Assembly (NCBI RefSeq): GCF_964194025.1
Contig: NC_134479.1
Coordinates: 42,966,001-43,030,000, forward strand
Source: Convolutriloba macropyga
Lineage: Eukaryota
DNA length: 64,000 bases
Direction: 5' to 3'
Position 1 is the stretch's first letter; each line of letters begins with the position of its first letter. This document shows, piece after piece, positions 25,600 through 40,500 of the stretch. The notes below the pieces were generated by a model that saw nothing but the letters and a program-made list of their open reading frames with translations, was not told the origin of the DNA and searched no databases. Made by a program: the position numbers and the translations under genes.

Positions 25600-28500
25600 T
25601 CAGTCCTCTTCCTCCTCATCTTCGCCTTCATCCCCTTTCCCATTGGTGACTTTGCCTCCGGCTGTTGAATGGTCTGTTTCCTCCCCATCACTGTTGCTGT
25701 CATCTCCCGCCACCTCCTGGTTCATCTGCTCTAGCTTTTCCAGTGTCTTGGCGAATTCAGCGTCATCAGCACGGTTCACCACTTTCGGCTAAAAAAGTTT
25801 ACCAAATCGTGAAAAAATCGGTTCACAATATGCCTATTTATTTTCATTAATACGACCATAAAAATTAATAGGACTAAAAACATACAATGAGAGGAGCCTC
25901 CTCCTTAATCAGGTAAAGTACGACATTAGCCAAAAATTTATAGGCCAAAAGTGCTCTAATTTGACCCGCAGTTGCATGAGATTTGATAACGATGACGAAT
26001 TCAGCTTTTAAAACGGAGGAGGATAAGCTTAAAACTAAAAGCAATTACCAGTATAATCTTAAAAACCCTGATAAATTCATGAGCTAAGCCTTTAACCATT
26101 AAGTATTACCGCCCGGGCTTAAATAGTTTACCCCAGTTTCTTTCGATTTCGCTTTTTCACCTTAACCTGACCGTATTCCCGTTAAGTGAGGTAAGTCATG
26201 AGGCACACGAGAAAGTGGAGACTCGTGTAAAACGCAGACCCATCAATTCTCATAACCCCAATCGGGATTGATTCATTTTGATTCATTTCGTAGTTGGACA
26301 AACCACCGTTTTCTAATGAGGCAATTAGGGTCTAGTATCAATACAAATAAGAGCTAGAGATGATAACAGACTAATAAGAACAAAGTTCAAGCGAAAGGCA
26401 TCTAAAATTGGGCTTTGTGTATCACCTTTCTAATGTAAATTTCGTTTTTCGATACTGTCTCTGTTGCTTCTAGATTGTTTTTCTGAGTATGTGAAACTAG
26501 CCAAGAGAAGTCAAAATCATGTCGCGCAAAATGTTGAACAAGCTGTGAACTGAGGTAAAAGCTAAACAAACTTTTCGTTTTATCAAGTATAAAAACATAG
26601 CGGGAAAAGTTTTGAGCAACAGTTCAAAGAAATTTCATTGATTTAGCAAAAAAAAACTATACTCAAAATACACTAGGAAAACGATTTGGAAAAAGCTGTC
26701 GCTCAAAAAATCGAAAAAGAACGTATAATCAAAATTAAATTGCCGCATGAGAACACAAAAACAACCAGCGAGATCGCAAATTTTTTTCTAGCTCAGTTTT
26801 CTCACTACTTCAAAATTAGAGTGAAAAATTCAACGCTGGAAAAACAAATGATTTTTCCCTCTACTTCCTGTTTCGACGTGACCAAAATCGTCACTTGAAT
26901 TTGATTTCAAAAAATAATAAAAATGTGAGTCAAAACTTAGCCAAAAGATTCCGGAAATAACTTGAAATAGAAAACTGACCATCCTCAAAGACCGAATGCA
27001 CCTCTTACTTAATTAATAAAAAAAATAACTGGAAAAATATAAAAAGTACCTCCCAAAAACTGATATAGCATCAGACAAAATCTACTTAAGTTACTTCTCA
27101 AAAAAAACAATACAATCCAGAGAACTGAATGAGAAACTGTAAAATCTTTACCTGAACAACAGACCAATTGGGAATCAATTGGATTATTTTCCCAAAAAAG
27201 GTTTTTCCACAAAAATCAGTCACACCAAAACGCACAAAGAGACAAACTTGCAGTATACCAAAAAAAACTGGTTGGAGAAGTAATAGCCAAACCGAGGCAA
27301 AAAAGACAAGAAATGCCTAAAAATAGCAAAGACTAAAAAAAACCTTGCATAACTTCTTTAAACAAATATCTTCAAAACCAATGCTGTGCCACCAATATCT
27401 ACACAATACCCAATACGCAAGCCATGAAATTAAATCGGCTTCTAATAATCGGAAAACAAATATGAGCAGAAGTTACAAAAAAATTACAAAATTTACTGTT
27501 TATTGGGCATTGCCAATAAATATACCTCAAAAATCATGAAAAGCAATTGGAGATTGTAAAAAGCACCATGGACCAACGTCAATTGAAGATCCATTCGAAA
27601 AGAAAATCCGACTCTATTTGAGGCTAAAGTTAAATAAAAAAAGACTTTTTCACCAAAGCTTTCAATCCAACATCAAACATATATTTTTATTCGGTAACAA
27701 TAAACAATAGGGTTCCTAAAGGAATAGTTTTGGGACCATTTACCTTTCTTTTATTTATCACTGATGAGTTTAAAAACAGTAAAAAGTCTACTAATACAAA
27801 GCGTTATTTTAATAAATGATTTAACGAATGCAGAAAAAATTGATGTAATTTTCTTCTCCTGCGTATGATGGAACCAATTTTAAAAGGCTGACACGGGTAA
27901 GAGCAGCTAATCAGGATTTTTAACATTTGAAAAGATTATCAGAAAACTGAGCGTTCAGATCAAGAAAACATTCATCAGTTCTAAACATCAGAATTTTGTC
28001 CAATGTCAATATATGTTTTAGCACTTTGTTCTATTTTGCTCAGAAAATGTTTTTATATATGACGGTATCTTAATTGATTTTTTCTCTGCTAAGAATTTTG
28101 ATTTGATTACCTTAATTCTCGTTTTCTCACACAGAACTTGAAAAAAACTGGAATGATTCTGCAGAGATTCCACTTCAATTCATTCCAACTTTTCTGCATT
28201 TAACAGTTTATTAGTCCAATTTTTCATAAAAGTGAAAACTGTTGAAAATCACTAACAAAATGATGCAAGTCATTTATAGTTCAAATTAGTAAAGAACTAG
28301 CCGTTAAATCATCTGAGTCGCAACTGAATCGGAAAATTAATTCGTTCGCAAACATGAATACAGCACTGACATGAAAAGGCAGTCAGTCGTACGGACTATC
28401 TTTACCAAGATTATCTTCGCCTTGTCTCTTGCCTACAATTAATAATCAATGAGATTTTCGCAACACTGCCAGTCTTAATCATCAATCAAAGCCTGCATTC

Positions 28501-31500
28501 GAATTTCAGAAACACTTAATGTGTTTTAATCACGTGGGAAAATCTTTTAAATCTCTAATCATGAGATCCCCATCAATTGATATCAACGTAAGAATTTTGC
28601 AAAATGTTCAGTCAATTAAAGCAGACTGTGATCAAAAACTTCCTTAAAAACAAGAGTAGTCCTTCTAAGAATTTAGGATGCTTAGATCAGTAAAAATTTA
28701 AAAACATACCCGGCAGATTGCCGGAAAATAGCCGCCGTTGATTCCAATAAGCATGATTGGGATTGAAAGAATAGATATTGAAAAAAAAAAGATTTTTGTA
28801 CAAACGAAAATTTTTTATACTGACTCTGTTCATTTTGAATTGCTTTGCTGAGCATCTGATGTTCAAAATCACTTTTAGCAGAATGAGAGAAGAGAGAAAC
28901 TAGCCCAGAGAAGTCAAAAAGATATCACGCAAAATGTTGAAAAAGCGGCAAAATGAGGTAAAGCGAAACATTTTTTTATTCGACGAAGTAAAAAAACATA
29001 GCAGGACAAGTCCTGACAAACAGTTCAAAGAATTTTCATTGACTAAACAAAAAGCTAGACCTAGAACGGACTATGCATGGATTGGGAAAACCATTTAGAA
29101 AAAAAATCATATCCAAAAAATGAAAAAACAGTAAAAATCAAAGTGAAATTGCCGCATGTGAACAAAAAAACCACTAGCGAGAAAGCGAATTTTTGTTCAA
29201 ACACCGTTTTCTCACTCCACTTTAAATTTAGAGCGAAAAAAGTTTCACGCCGCAAAACCACTAGCTTTTTTGCTCCACTTCCTGTTTTGGCGTGACCAAA
29301 ATCACTACTCCAATTTGACTTCAAAAATCATGAAAATGTGTGAACAGATCTTAAAAAAAAATAGCCGGAAGAATTCCGGAAACGACTCGAAGTGGAAATC
29401 CAGTTAAATGCCATCCAACTACTCATCCGAAAAAAACGTGCCTCCAATAATTTACGCTTATCTTGAAATAAAACCATAAAACAAAAAAGTAAAAAAAAAA
29501 TCAAATCTATCAAAATATGATTAAAAATCTGATCAACTTCTGTCGTATATTGATACCCCAAGAAACTATCTCTGCCACAATTACTTCATCAATACAATTA
29601 GTAACTACTAAAACCACTTACGAGATTTTTCAAAAAAAATTGAAGCCAAATCATGAAAAAATAAGCTCTTGCAAACAACATTGACTAAAAAACTGGAAAA
29701 AGTTAATATTTTTTAATATTACAAAAGCACATATATCTAAACAAAAATTCTTTTCAGCCAATTGGGTACCCAGATGCTCGCAAAATAATAGGCAAGTCAT
29801 AATAGGTTAAGAAACTTATCCAAAAACAGAAAAAAAACCGAAAAACTGCAAAAAATTAAGAAAATTAGTTCCAATTTTCAAAATTTTTTGTTATATTTCT
29901 CAACAAAAAAAATGCTTCACATCCACAAAACTGTAACCACGTGTTAACTAAAAATTGCTCAAGTAATAGGGGTATCTTCAATAACCATTTGAGGCAGTAA
30001 AACAAAACAATAGTAAAAAAAATTGTAAAAGTTAGCCCAAAAATCAGCAAAATACATGAAAAACATCCGAATTAGCATAAATTTCATATAGATTTTCAGA
30101 AACCTTCAAACTACTACCAAATCCAGCCTAAAATTAAAAGCAAATCAAAACCAAACCTCTTAAAAAAATGAGAAAAAAACTGCCGCACGTGAACAAAAAA
30201 TTTCGCTCTCTTACAGAATTTTTTTCACACCTCAATTTCTCGCTCTCTAGATATATTAACAAAAAAACCATTCTCTTTTCGCTCCGCTCTTCGTTTTGTT
30301 CAGCAACAAAATCAGTCTAAATTTTTTCACGTGTTTCATTTCCCGCTTCAAAATTCACTTAAAATTCCCGCTTCAAAATTCCAATAATAGGAGCGCTATA
30401 ATAGCCGGCTGAGAAGATGAGGGCGGCTATTAATCAGTGATGTTTTAAACAACTTTTTGATCAGTGAAGTTTTAACAACTTTTAGATCAGTGAGGTTTTA
30501 ATTTAAAGCACTCTACTTATCGTTCACGGGACTAATCATCGGTTTATCTCGTTTCCTTTCGATAAAATTCAAATGAGTAAAAAAAACTAACTAATATCAG
30601 TTGAATTGTTCTAAAGAAATGGCAAGGGGTTGGCTTTGGTAGTCGGTAGCTTAATCTTGGGCAGCCTATCCGCACCGGTTGAGGGGGCAGGAAAGAAGTG
30701 CGGCAAAACTGTTAGGGGGTATAAAAAGGGGGAGGAGTTATCAAAACCAACAAAACTTTCCTTTTATATTGTTAGCTTAGGCCTACACAATTTGAATGGG
30801 GTGTGCACGAAGGGTGGGCGGGGACTGATTAAAGGCTGCTGGGAGTATGGAGGGCGTTATAGCAATTGTATTATTATATGATCGATAAAAAATGAGCCCA
30901 AACAAATGGATGCGTGTTACTTAACTGATAGCCTTTGTATATCTTTATAAGAGTAATAAGTGTAACTATCCATTCGAGTAATTTATCATAACCGAAAAAC
31001 GTCAGGCGAATTGCTCTCATCGACTGCCGCGAGCTTAGCGTCATAGACTAGCTGGCCCTCCAGGAGCTTTTAGATTAGGGTAAGGGTTGTCCTAAGAAAG
31101 TAAATCGTGCGAGGTGGAATCTTAATGGTTGGAATGAGGTGGTAGTGGTTGTGTGTTAGGGAGGGGGGATCAAAACCACTAAAACCTGCTCCTCGCAATG
31201 ATTCTAGGTCTCCTCAGCATTTTCGGCGAATATCATATTTTCAAACTAGCAAGGCTCATTGACTTAATGCCCTTCGTGCATTACCCGTGTATCCCGTTTT
31301 TGCTAACAAAGTAAAATGCTAAGACGAAAAAAACATAGCTTGCAGATTGCCGGAAAATAGCCGCGATAGATGCTTGTGACCTTCCATGAATTGAAAACAT
31401 AGCCGGCAGATTGCCGGAAAATAGCAGCGATAGACGCTTGTGGCCAACCATGAAATGAAACAACTAAAGAAATAAGATACAAATTGACCAGACTCTAATA

Positions 31501-34500
31501 CTCAAGAATAAGGGCATATAAGTTTGGCACTACTTAGATGCGCACTATTGATTTTTAACTAGTAAATGTTCATAAAATTTTAAGTTCCATAAAGGAGTTC
31601 AGAAGTCATTTTTTGAGCGAGGTAAGTCACGCAATTGACCTAAAAGCAGAAATGACGCCACGAACACAAATTTTAACTGCAAAGCAGTAGAAGTCACTGA
31701 AGAAGTCACATCCAAGAAGTCAGCGTAAGACGAGACAAAAATCTGTTAGACAATAAAAATAGGAGCGCAATAATAGCCGCCTGGAATTGCTGACGCGGCT
31801 ATTAACAACTAAAGAAATATGATAGACAGATCTACCACCCGCGATAGACGCTTGTGGCCTTCCATGCAACTAAAGAAATAAGATAGACAGATCGACCACC
31901 TATCCTTTAATAGACTTTTTGGGTTAGATTCAGACTGTAAATTTTATGACACATACGGTCTATAAGGAAAAACCATTAAAAATCTTTTTCAAAACTGATA
32001 TTCGAAATCAAATACTCAAGACTAATACTCAAGAATTAGGGCATATAAGTTTGGCACTACTTAGATGCACACTATTGATCTTTAACCAGTAAATGTTCAT
32101 AAAATAAATGTTCAACAAATAAAATTTCCATAAGTGAGCTCAGAAGCATTTTGTTTGAGTGAGCACGCATTTGACCTTAAAGCAGATATGACGTCACGCA
32201 AACAAATTTTAATTGCCAAGCCGTAGAAGTCACTGAAGTTACTGAAAAAGTCAATCCAAGAAGTCAGGTCGTAAGAATCATCGATGGAGACGACGAATTA
32301 AAAAAAACATAGCAGGACAAGTCCTGAAATACAATTTAAAGATATCAATGAAAAAAATAAAAGTACTCTACCTGACCAGCACATCAATTGAACAATGACA
32401 GCCAAAACACAAACAATCATCTCAAAAAATTGAGCCGCTAAAACAATCAAACAAATTAAACAAAATTAAACTCATTGTTAAAACTCAAACTTTTACCCCT
32501 AAGGCAAAATTTGATCCCTTTAAAAATACTTATTTCAAAAACATGTTCAAAACCAATTTTTGTTTCACAAATTGGCCCAGTATTATATATGCAAGACCTG
32601 AAAAAAATTCATTGGCCCTTGAAGAACGATAAACTCGAAAATGACCGAAAAATTAAAAAATGAAATCAATTGCAAATTTTAATGAAATGTTGCTAAAAAT
32701 CTTGATATTAAAATCCTCAGAATCATTTCTGTGTCTCTAGAGGCTAACCAGTAACCCAATTCCAAGCATTAGAAAATTCATTGGCTCAAAGATCGATAGG
32801 CAATAATTTTTAGTAAAAAATTCAAATATCAAAAAAATAGAAAATCGGTCTATTAAAAAGGTGAAAACGATTCAATTGCCCCCAAGCAACTGAATAACTG
32901 AATAAATCAAATGATTTGAAAAAACTTGATAATAAATCGCAAAATCTACCAAAAAATTCTAAAACTCAAGGTTAAATTGTTGAAAAACAAATCCATTCAA
33001 ACTAACAACCCTGTAGTAACTTTTTATCAGGCTGTGGAATCGGTTTTTTTGCACTTGAGAATGGGCAAATATCAAAATTTGACAAAAACTTTAGGAAACC
33101 TTAAAGAAAATTGCAGATTTTATCGAAAAAATGCTAAAAATCGAGACATTAAAATGTTGAAAACCAACTCATTGTTACTAGAAACTATGCAGTGCCGTAT
33201 TATCAAACCATAAAGGAGATTCCCTGGCCCCTGAAGCGACAAAAACTCAAAAACAATTAACAATTAATTTTTTATCGCAAAAGACTTTCATCAATATTTA
33301 ACCTCCATCAAAAACTTCAACCCAAGACTAATCAAACAAAAAACTAAAAAACATCACAAAACATATGAAAAATTGCATCATTTTGAGCCCAAAAACTCAT
33401 AAAAATGACCTTTTAACCTTCAATTAAGGCCATCCCAGCAGCTTCACCACTCTAAGCACTTGAAGGAACACCAAAGCTCACATTGGGCCTATAATGAAAC
33501 TTAATGCCCGCTGGGCTTTACCTGTTTATGTTTTGACTCGTTTTGAAAGATCGAAGTCATTGAAAAATGTGTGAACACGTCTTAAAGAAAAAACAGCACA
33601 CCAATACAATTCAAATTCTCTGAATTGTAAAAACACGATGTCCCCAATAATAGCCGCCATTACTTCGCGGCTATTAAAAAACTATCATTTAAATAATGCG
33701 TAACACCCGACAATGAAAAATGACTCACTTCCATTGCTACTTTGAAGCTGCCTCCTGACTCGACAATGCTCTCTTCAATCTCGTTCATGGCGCTCCTAAC
33801 AGCGACCAATCCATCTGTGTGATCTAATGTTGTTACTGTCAACACATACTGAGGAGGCGCTATTAGGTTGACCTAGAAAAAAACAATTCCTCTAATATCC
33901 AGAAATTTCCTCATCCGTAAGCAGAAATCAACGTTCGGTAAGATATGTGTAGTTAGCATTGCGACAACCTAAATGTCAAACTTTAACTATTTTGGTTTGA
34001 AATCAGCCAACTGCTTAAAAGGAATATTTGGTAGAATTATTTTATTTAGATATTGTCTATGATTGTTATATACTATTACCATATATTGCTATACAACACA
34101 TTTTATTTTGTGGTAACAACTGACCGATATTTGCATTTCTTCTGTAGAGCATTCTATGCCTCTCTTCAGAGCCCTTTTTATTGCATCGATGCCTTCAAAG
34201 TTGAAACACGACACTTCCACGTCTGAAAACCACGCACATATATAACATCAGCAAACTGTCTCACCATATAGTTTGCGTATACTTCAATTACGAGCGTACG
34301 CAATTCTTGTATCCGTTGACTTATAGAGGGAGCAAAAACTGCCCAATAATGCCGTTCTCTAAGTTGATTGTGTATCAGTTTTGCCCACTAAGAGATCAGC
34401 AACAAATTAGAAAACAAAAACAAGACGGCTGTTGCTAGTCTGTACGAAGCACAGAATGTTGCAACATATTTCTCAAGCTTGTCAAAAAATATCTAGTTGT

Positions 34501-37500
34501 TATCAGAGAATTCTTTTCCTGAGACTACAAAAAATCTTTTAGAAGTACAGTTCTTTGGAAACGTTTCGAGTACTCTGGTCTTTTTCATTTAAAAGTTTTA
34601 AAAATCATAATTATCAACACAGTGAAAACATAGCTGGCAGATTACCAGAAAATAGCCGCAACAGCTTCGTAGTTCTGTAGTCTCAAAAAGATATTAACAT
34701 AACTGACTAAAGTCGCGCGAATTGCTCTCAAATCACCCGCGAGCGGTTGGCTTCGTCAGTCGCTAGCCACGGGCTAGCTAACTGTTTATCCCGTTTTTGA
34801 GGACTAAAAGTCAAATGGGTCAGAAGAAAAATCGGCCCGGTGAAAAATCGCATTAAAAAAGACCGACAGGACTAAAATAATTGCGACAAAACTTCGTTTG
34901 AGAGCAATTAAACATGTCATAACAGTAAAATGAGTTTCTCTTTTTCTCTCCGATACGTAAACAAAAAGAGAATTTTTGAGTGAGATGTAAGCCAATACTT
35001 GAACAAAAATTGGAAATTCGACGCATATGTATTTACAAACAAATTTCGCCATATTAGGCTACTATTTTTATTAAATGCTATTAAAAAACTCTGTTATTTA
35101 GAAAAGTAAGTTTAATCAACGCTAAGACACATCAGGTCAATACAAAACATCGCTTAAAAGTGAACTCTCAAGAGCAGTTCCTTCGATTAAAAAAATTCGG
35201 GGAAAAACAGCCTAACGAGACGCTCTGTTTAGAATTAAATATTCCGAGTGCCAAATTTATTATGAAAGAAGACGCCCAATAAAAATTAGTAGCCCATTTG
35301 AAATTAATCAGAAAAATCAACTTCGGACATAGGCCGAACTGAGCTCAAATCGACTAAAATTCTCCTCGTAATATCATTAACATTAAATTTATCATCATGA
35401 AGATGGTGAAACTACTATAGTCATCTAGATAACAAACCTGCTCTGATTTTGACGGGATTGGGTGCCAGGCGCCTTTGGATTTCGGCCAAAAGAACCTCCC
35501 GGACGCTGTTGTCGAGGGGACATTCGTCCAAAACTGTGGGATCAGCAACTGCCTTTTTGAACCACTCATGAGAGGCATTGTCTTGTTTGTATTTTTCGTC
35601 AAAATACCTGCACAAAAATCAAGAAATTATTTAAAACAGTTTTTCAAAAAGTGAAATGTGTATACGAGAGGTAGGCTTGTTTTCTCCCGCCATAGTTTGA
35701 CGCGGTCTACGCATTGCAAAGAAAGAGCGAGAACATTAAAGCTCCCACTGTTCAGTTTTATAGTTTTTTTAAGGATTTCATTTAAAAAAATGACGTGATC
35801 TATAACAATTAGTTTTCCATTCCTCAATCCAAAAGAAAATTGAGGTGGAAAACGAGCCATTTTAGAACTTTTTGCTTCTTAACAGCCAGCCATAAAATAC
35901 AAGATGCTGTCATCCTTTTCTTTGTCTAGAGAGTAATGTTTTAACAACACTTATCTGCTTTAGGACAATCGCAGTGAAATTTTAAAATTTGGTTTGAAGA
36001 TAATTTGTTTAGTTTAAAGGTATCGACTTTCCTTCAGAGTTGTCCTTTTTTGTATTCATTGGAAGATGGCAAAATAATTATTCAACGCCTGACCTTAGTT
36101 TCGAATTGATGTGTGGTGCGCAAACATCTCAATGTTCAAAACATAAATGGTGGCTGAGTAAAACCTCTCTAGCTTTTGGTTGTTTTATAGTTTTTGTTTT
36201 TAGGTTGTTGGTCAGACGAATGAACGCCAATCCTTTGAGATCTTGAAAACTTGTTGGTTTTCATCTCTTCAGTGGATAAGAGACGGGGCACAAAATGGGA
36301 GAATAAACTGGCGAGGAAGTGGAGTGGGTCGTAGTAGAAGTGAGGATTGAATCGGCATTTGCGGATACTAGACAAACGCGCAATTAGGCGGAGCCAAATT
36401 CTGTAGCCATTGCACAAAAATCAACTGACTTTTTGCGAAAATCAGGCGAAAACAAACAAATACATAACCGCCTAACGTCAGGCGAATTGTTCTCAAACAA
36501 CCTGCGAGCCGTTTGCTACGTCAGAAGCTAGCTACGGTTTAATGAGGCTAGTTTTAGCTTAATTGAAGTGGCGTGAGGTAAGCGCGGGGGGGGGGTTTAG
36601 ACCGGGGAATTGATGGGGGCAATGGTTTGGGGGGGGGGGGTGTCTTTGGCTGCACGGGGCCTCGGCCTTAACGATATGACGGGGAGGGGGCTGATGTGGG
36701 AGAGGGGGTGAAGTGGAGGGTGTGACAGGATCAATTTCTGAGAATTGCCCTTCACACCATGAGTATACACGGCTCCAAGACACGGTTTCTGTGAATCGCA
36801 TACTTGGAGAATAGAAAGCGGAAAGGATCTAAGAGAACGTAAAGATCTAAAAGAACTTAATTGCTCTCAAACTTCGTTTGAGAGCAATTAAGAACACCTG
36901 ATGATGGCACTTAAAAATCCACTTGACACCACAAAGTACTCAAGTGTCCCCAACAACACAGAAGGTTTTTCGAATACTAAAATTGCAGCATTCCAGTATT
37001 GTTCTATGCCACAGTTAAGCCAAAATGATGTAAACAGTTGACAAATAGTGCATTTTACATGTATTTTATCAAATCATTTTCATGTAAAGACAATTGTTAG
37101 GGACACTTGATTACTTTATAGCGTCAAAAAGATTTTGAAGCACCATCTTTATATTTTTCGATTGGTATTTGCCCGATTTCCACGAAAATTCAGTTGAAAA
37201 CAAGTCTAAAATTATCTTTGACTGATTGAGCTTTCGCCTGATATCCTACGCGCCGTCAAAAACACTAAGAGTTTCCCTTCACATCATGAATTTATGTCCC
37301 CAGCAGTTTCCTTGAATCATAATTATAGACTATTGAAGCTCTATGAGAGCCACTCAAGCCTTAACGGCCTCAAACTTTACCAGCTTAGAATTCTCAAGCC
37401 AAATAATCACGCAAAAATTAGTGATAAGAAAAATCTCATAAAAAGACTAACAGAACTAAAGCGTTTGCATATTCTCACGATATCTGCAAGAAAAGCAGTG

Positions 37501-40500
37501 GTTTCGGTTTATAGAAAACACAGAAGTGAAAGTGACCATTTCTATCAACTTTTCTAATATTACTACTTTGTTGATGACATCTATGCATTACAAAAAAACT
37601 TTTGCTAATGACATTTACCATCATATCAATATTATAATTTTAAACATTACAAGTTAGTTGACCATTTATTTGTCAACCCAAAAAAGATTGAAATATTTAC
37701 TACACGTGTGATTGATATAACTATTGCTTTGGGTTTTTGTATCATTATCACTCGCTTACTGCTGTTTTTCGTCATTTGCGCTGCAGACGTCCAAAGATCC
37801 ACATATTTCTTACGATTGAAATCCATTCCAGACTTTTTTGTGCATGAAGCCAATTTGTTCTTCATATCTGTTATTATTATCATTATTGTAACTGTTTAAT
37901 TACAAACTGTTTAAAAAAATTACATAACTTATTCAAGTCGAACTTCTTTATTTACTTCAATATTTCCAAAAATCATTTGAATTAGATAACTTTTCGAAAA
38001 AATATTAGAATAGGCATATAATAGCAAAATTTTAAGTTGTCTATCACAACCTTTTTGAAGCAATTTTTAGTTTGCCAGGTCCGAATTTCGGTGAAAAACC
38101 AGCTAGTGTATATAGAGAATAAATTTCAGGAGGGTTAAACTGACTTGCATGCTTAAATTTAACGGAAATTGAAATATATTTGTTTCTGACAGATTCATTA
38201 TGATGATTATTATACATTTAAAAACTTTTCTGTATTCTTTATTTCATTTTATTCGAAAAGTTGAAGAAAGTAGCTATCACAAAGGCTTAAACTTTCAACA
38301 AAGCCAGTCCTTTTGAAAGTCGAATCAATTCTCAAATGCAGTATTTTGTTGGTTAAATTTGTAGTTTCTGAGATAATTTGTTTGGTTTTGCTGTGATTTC
38401 AGCCATGTTGGCTTTGAAAACCTAAATTCTAAAGAGAAACCAATCTTCTGATGCAACGTTCTAACATTTGGTCAAATTTGATGTTTAAAAGTCATAAATA
38501 GTAGTTTTCCGATGGTTTGAAGAAGAAACTGACGTCGGAAGAAATGAGATCTGACAACTGACGGTGACTCCATTTTATTGTAGCGTTTTTCGTCATGCGG
38601 TGGGATACGCTTCGTAGGGGGCTTCAAATAACACCATTAGAGTTATTATAGGCCCCAAAAATGTTACGTCAAAAGACACGTTTACAATAATGGCTTTGTA
38701 TCACAATTGCTTAAGACTGCTTCGAATGAGTCGCTGCAAGTTGGCTATGCATGATGAAATTGTTTGACGGGTTTTACTTGTTTCTATGCATAACAAAAGC
38801 AAGCATTCTTTTCGGTGGTCTTACCAAGCACTCTTCATGTATAAGTCCTCCAATTCACAGTCTTCCCTGTAGCCCAGCTTCTGTGCCACATTTCGAAGGA
38901 TGAGGTTGATCTTGCTACCGTGGGCGAACTTGGCATTACACAATTCTCGGTCCTCTGGACTAGCACGACGTTTTGAACAATCAATGTAGCCTGGAAACGA
39001 ACCGTTATGACAAAATACCCAATGCCATTATACCTAATTTATTCTCTTTGATCTTTTCGTTAAACAAGGAAGCTCGGTAATGTGCGTTTGCACATAATGT
39101 TCTCATGTCACTCATCCAGATTTTTGACTAAAATGTCTAACAAATTCGAAGAGACAGAAACCTTTCAAAAATACAAACTTCGAAAATAATTGGCAAATGA
39201 GTAAAAATGTGTGAAACTCAATCCACTAAATGGACTAAATATTGTCGTATTGGAGAGCTGATGATTCCTATCCATCAATAGCACACTGACCCATACACAC
39301 AAATCAAAACAAAAAAAATAATTACGGTCAAACTCAATATTTATTTTATAAAACACTGATTAACAAAATTAACATCAGATAAAACCTAAGCTTAACTAAT
39401 CAACTTGTACTTCATTTCAAAGCACATAGGACCAGTCCTTAACGAGACTCAGCAAGAAGTAAACAAAAGACAAAAGGGCGTAAAATCCTTCTAACAATCA
39501 ACTTTGAACTAAAAATAGTGGACAGATTCTTATGCAAATCTAAGGAAGCCAATGGGACCGGTCATTTGTGAGACAATGAATTAAATAATACCGCCACGAA
39601 GAGCCAATGAGACAAGTAAATAATGACACTAGGGGACAAAAGGACCATAAAAGAAAAGTAGCATCAGATAAAAACCGGCTATGTCTTATTGGCATCAGAT
39701 AAAGCATAAAAAGAACATCAAGATAGCACCAGAAAATAAAACTTGGTAAAAAGGTGACAAAAAAGGGAGAAGTCTAAAAAGACGTTCATATTTGTGAAAA
39801 CAATTAAACTCAGTAAAAAAAACAAAATATTAAATATTTTTTATATCTCCATAGGAAGCCATTGAGACGTCATTATGCAAAATATGTCATATGAATACAA
39901 AACAAAAGCGACAAATATATCAAAAAATTAAAAATTCAATAAGATTTTGAGAGGAAACGGCGTGGAACCCATCAAAACTATGAGCTCTTAACTGAAGACG
40001 TTATAAATATTCATTTGCTCTATTTTTCGAAGCCAATGGGAACAGTCATTATTTTTATTTAATGTTGTAAAGTGACAAGACAAAAATAAACTCAAAAACG
40101 GGCAAACATACAGATATCACAAAATCAGAAACAACTAATTAAAAAATATATAATAACGACTAACTATTTCTGCACTAGACAGAGCATGCAACTTGTGTTA
40201 ACCGAGACTATGCCACCAAAAATTGACAGAAATAAGACAAAATGGCAAAAATCACTGTTTTTAACCACGTATTTACATATTAATAACAACCGCAATATTT
40301 TAACGAAAAACATAGGTAGATGAACTTGTAAAACCATGCGAAGCCATTTGTACATATTATTGGCAAAGACTCTGGGAAGACCTCTCATCGCCCAGAACAT
40401 GAGATACGACAACAAAAAGAACAAATACAAACAAAAATCAAATATTCAAATATTTTTCACAAAACAGTTTTGATGCCAAAAAAAAGGATAAAGTATGTTA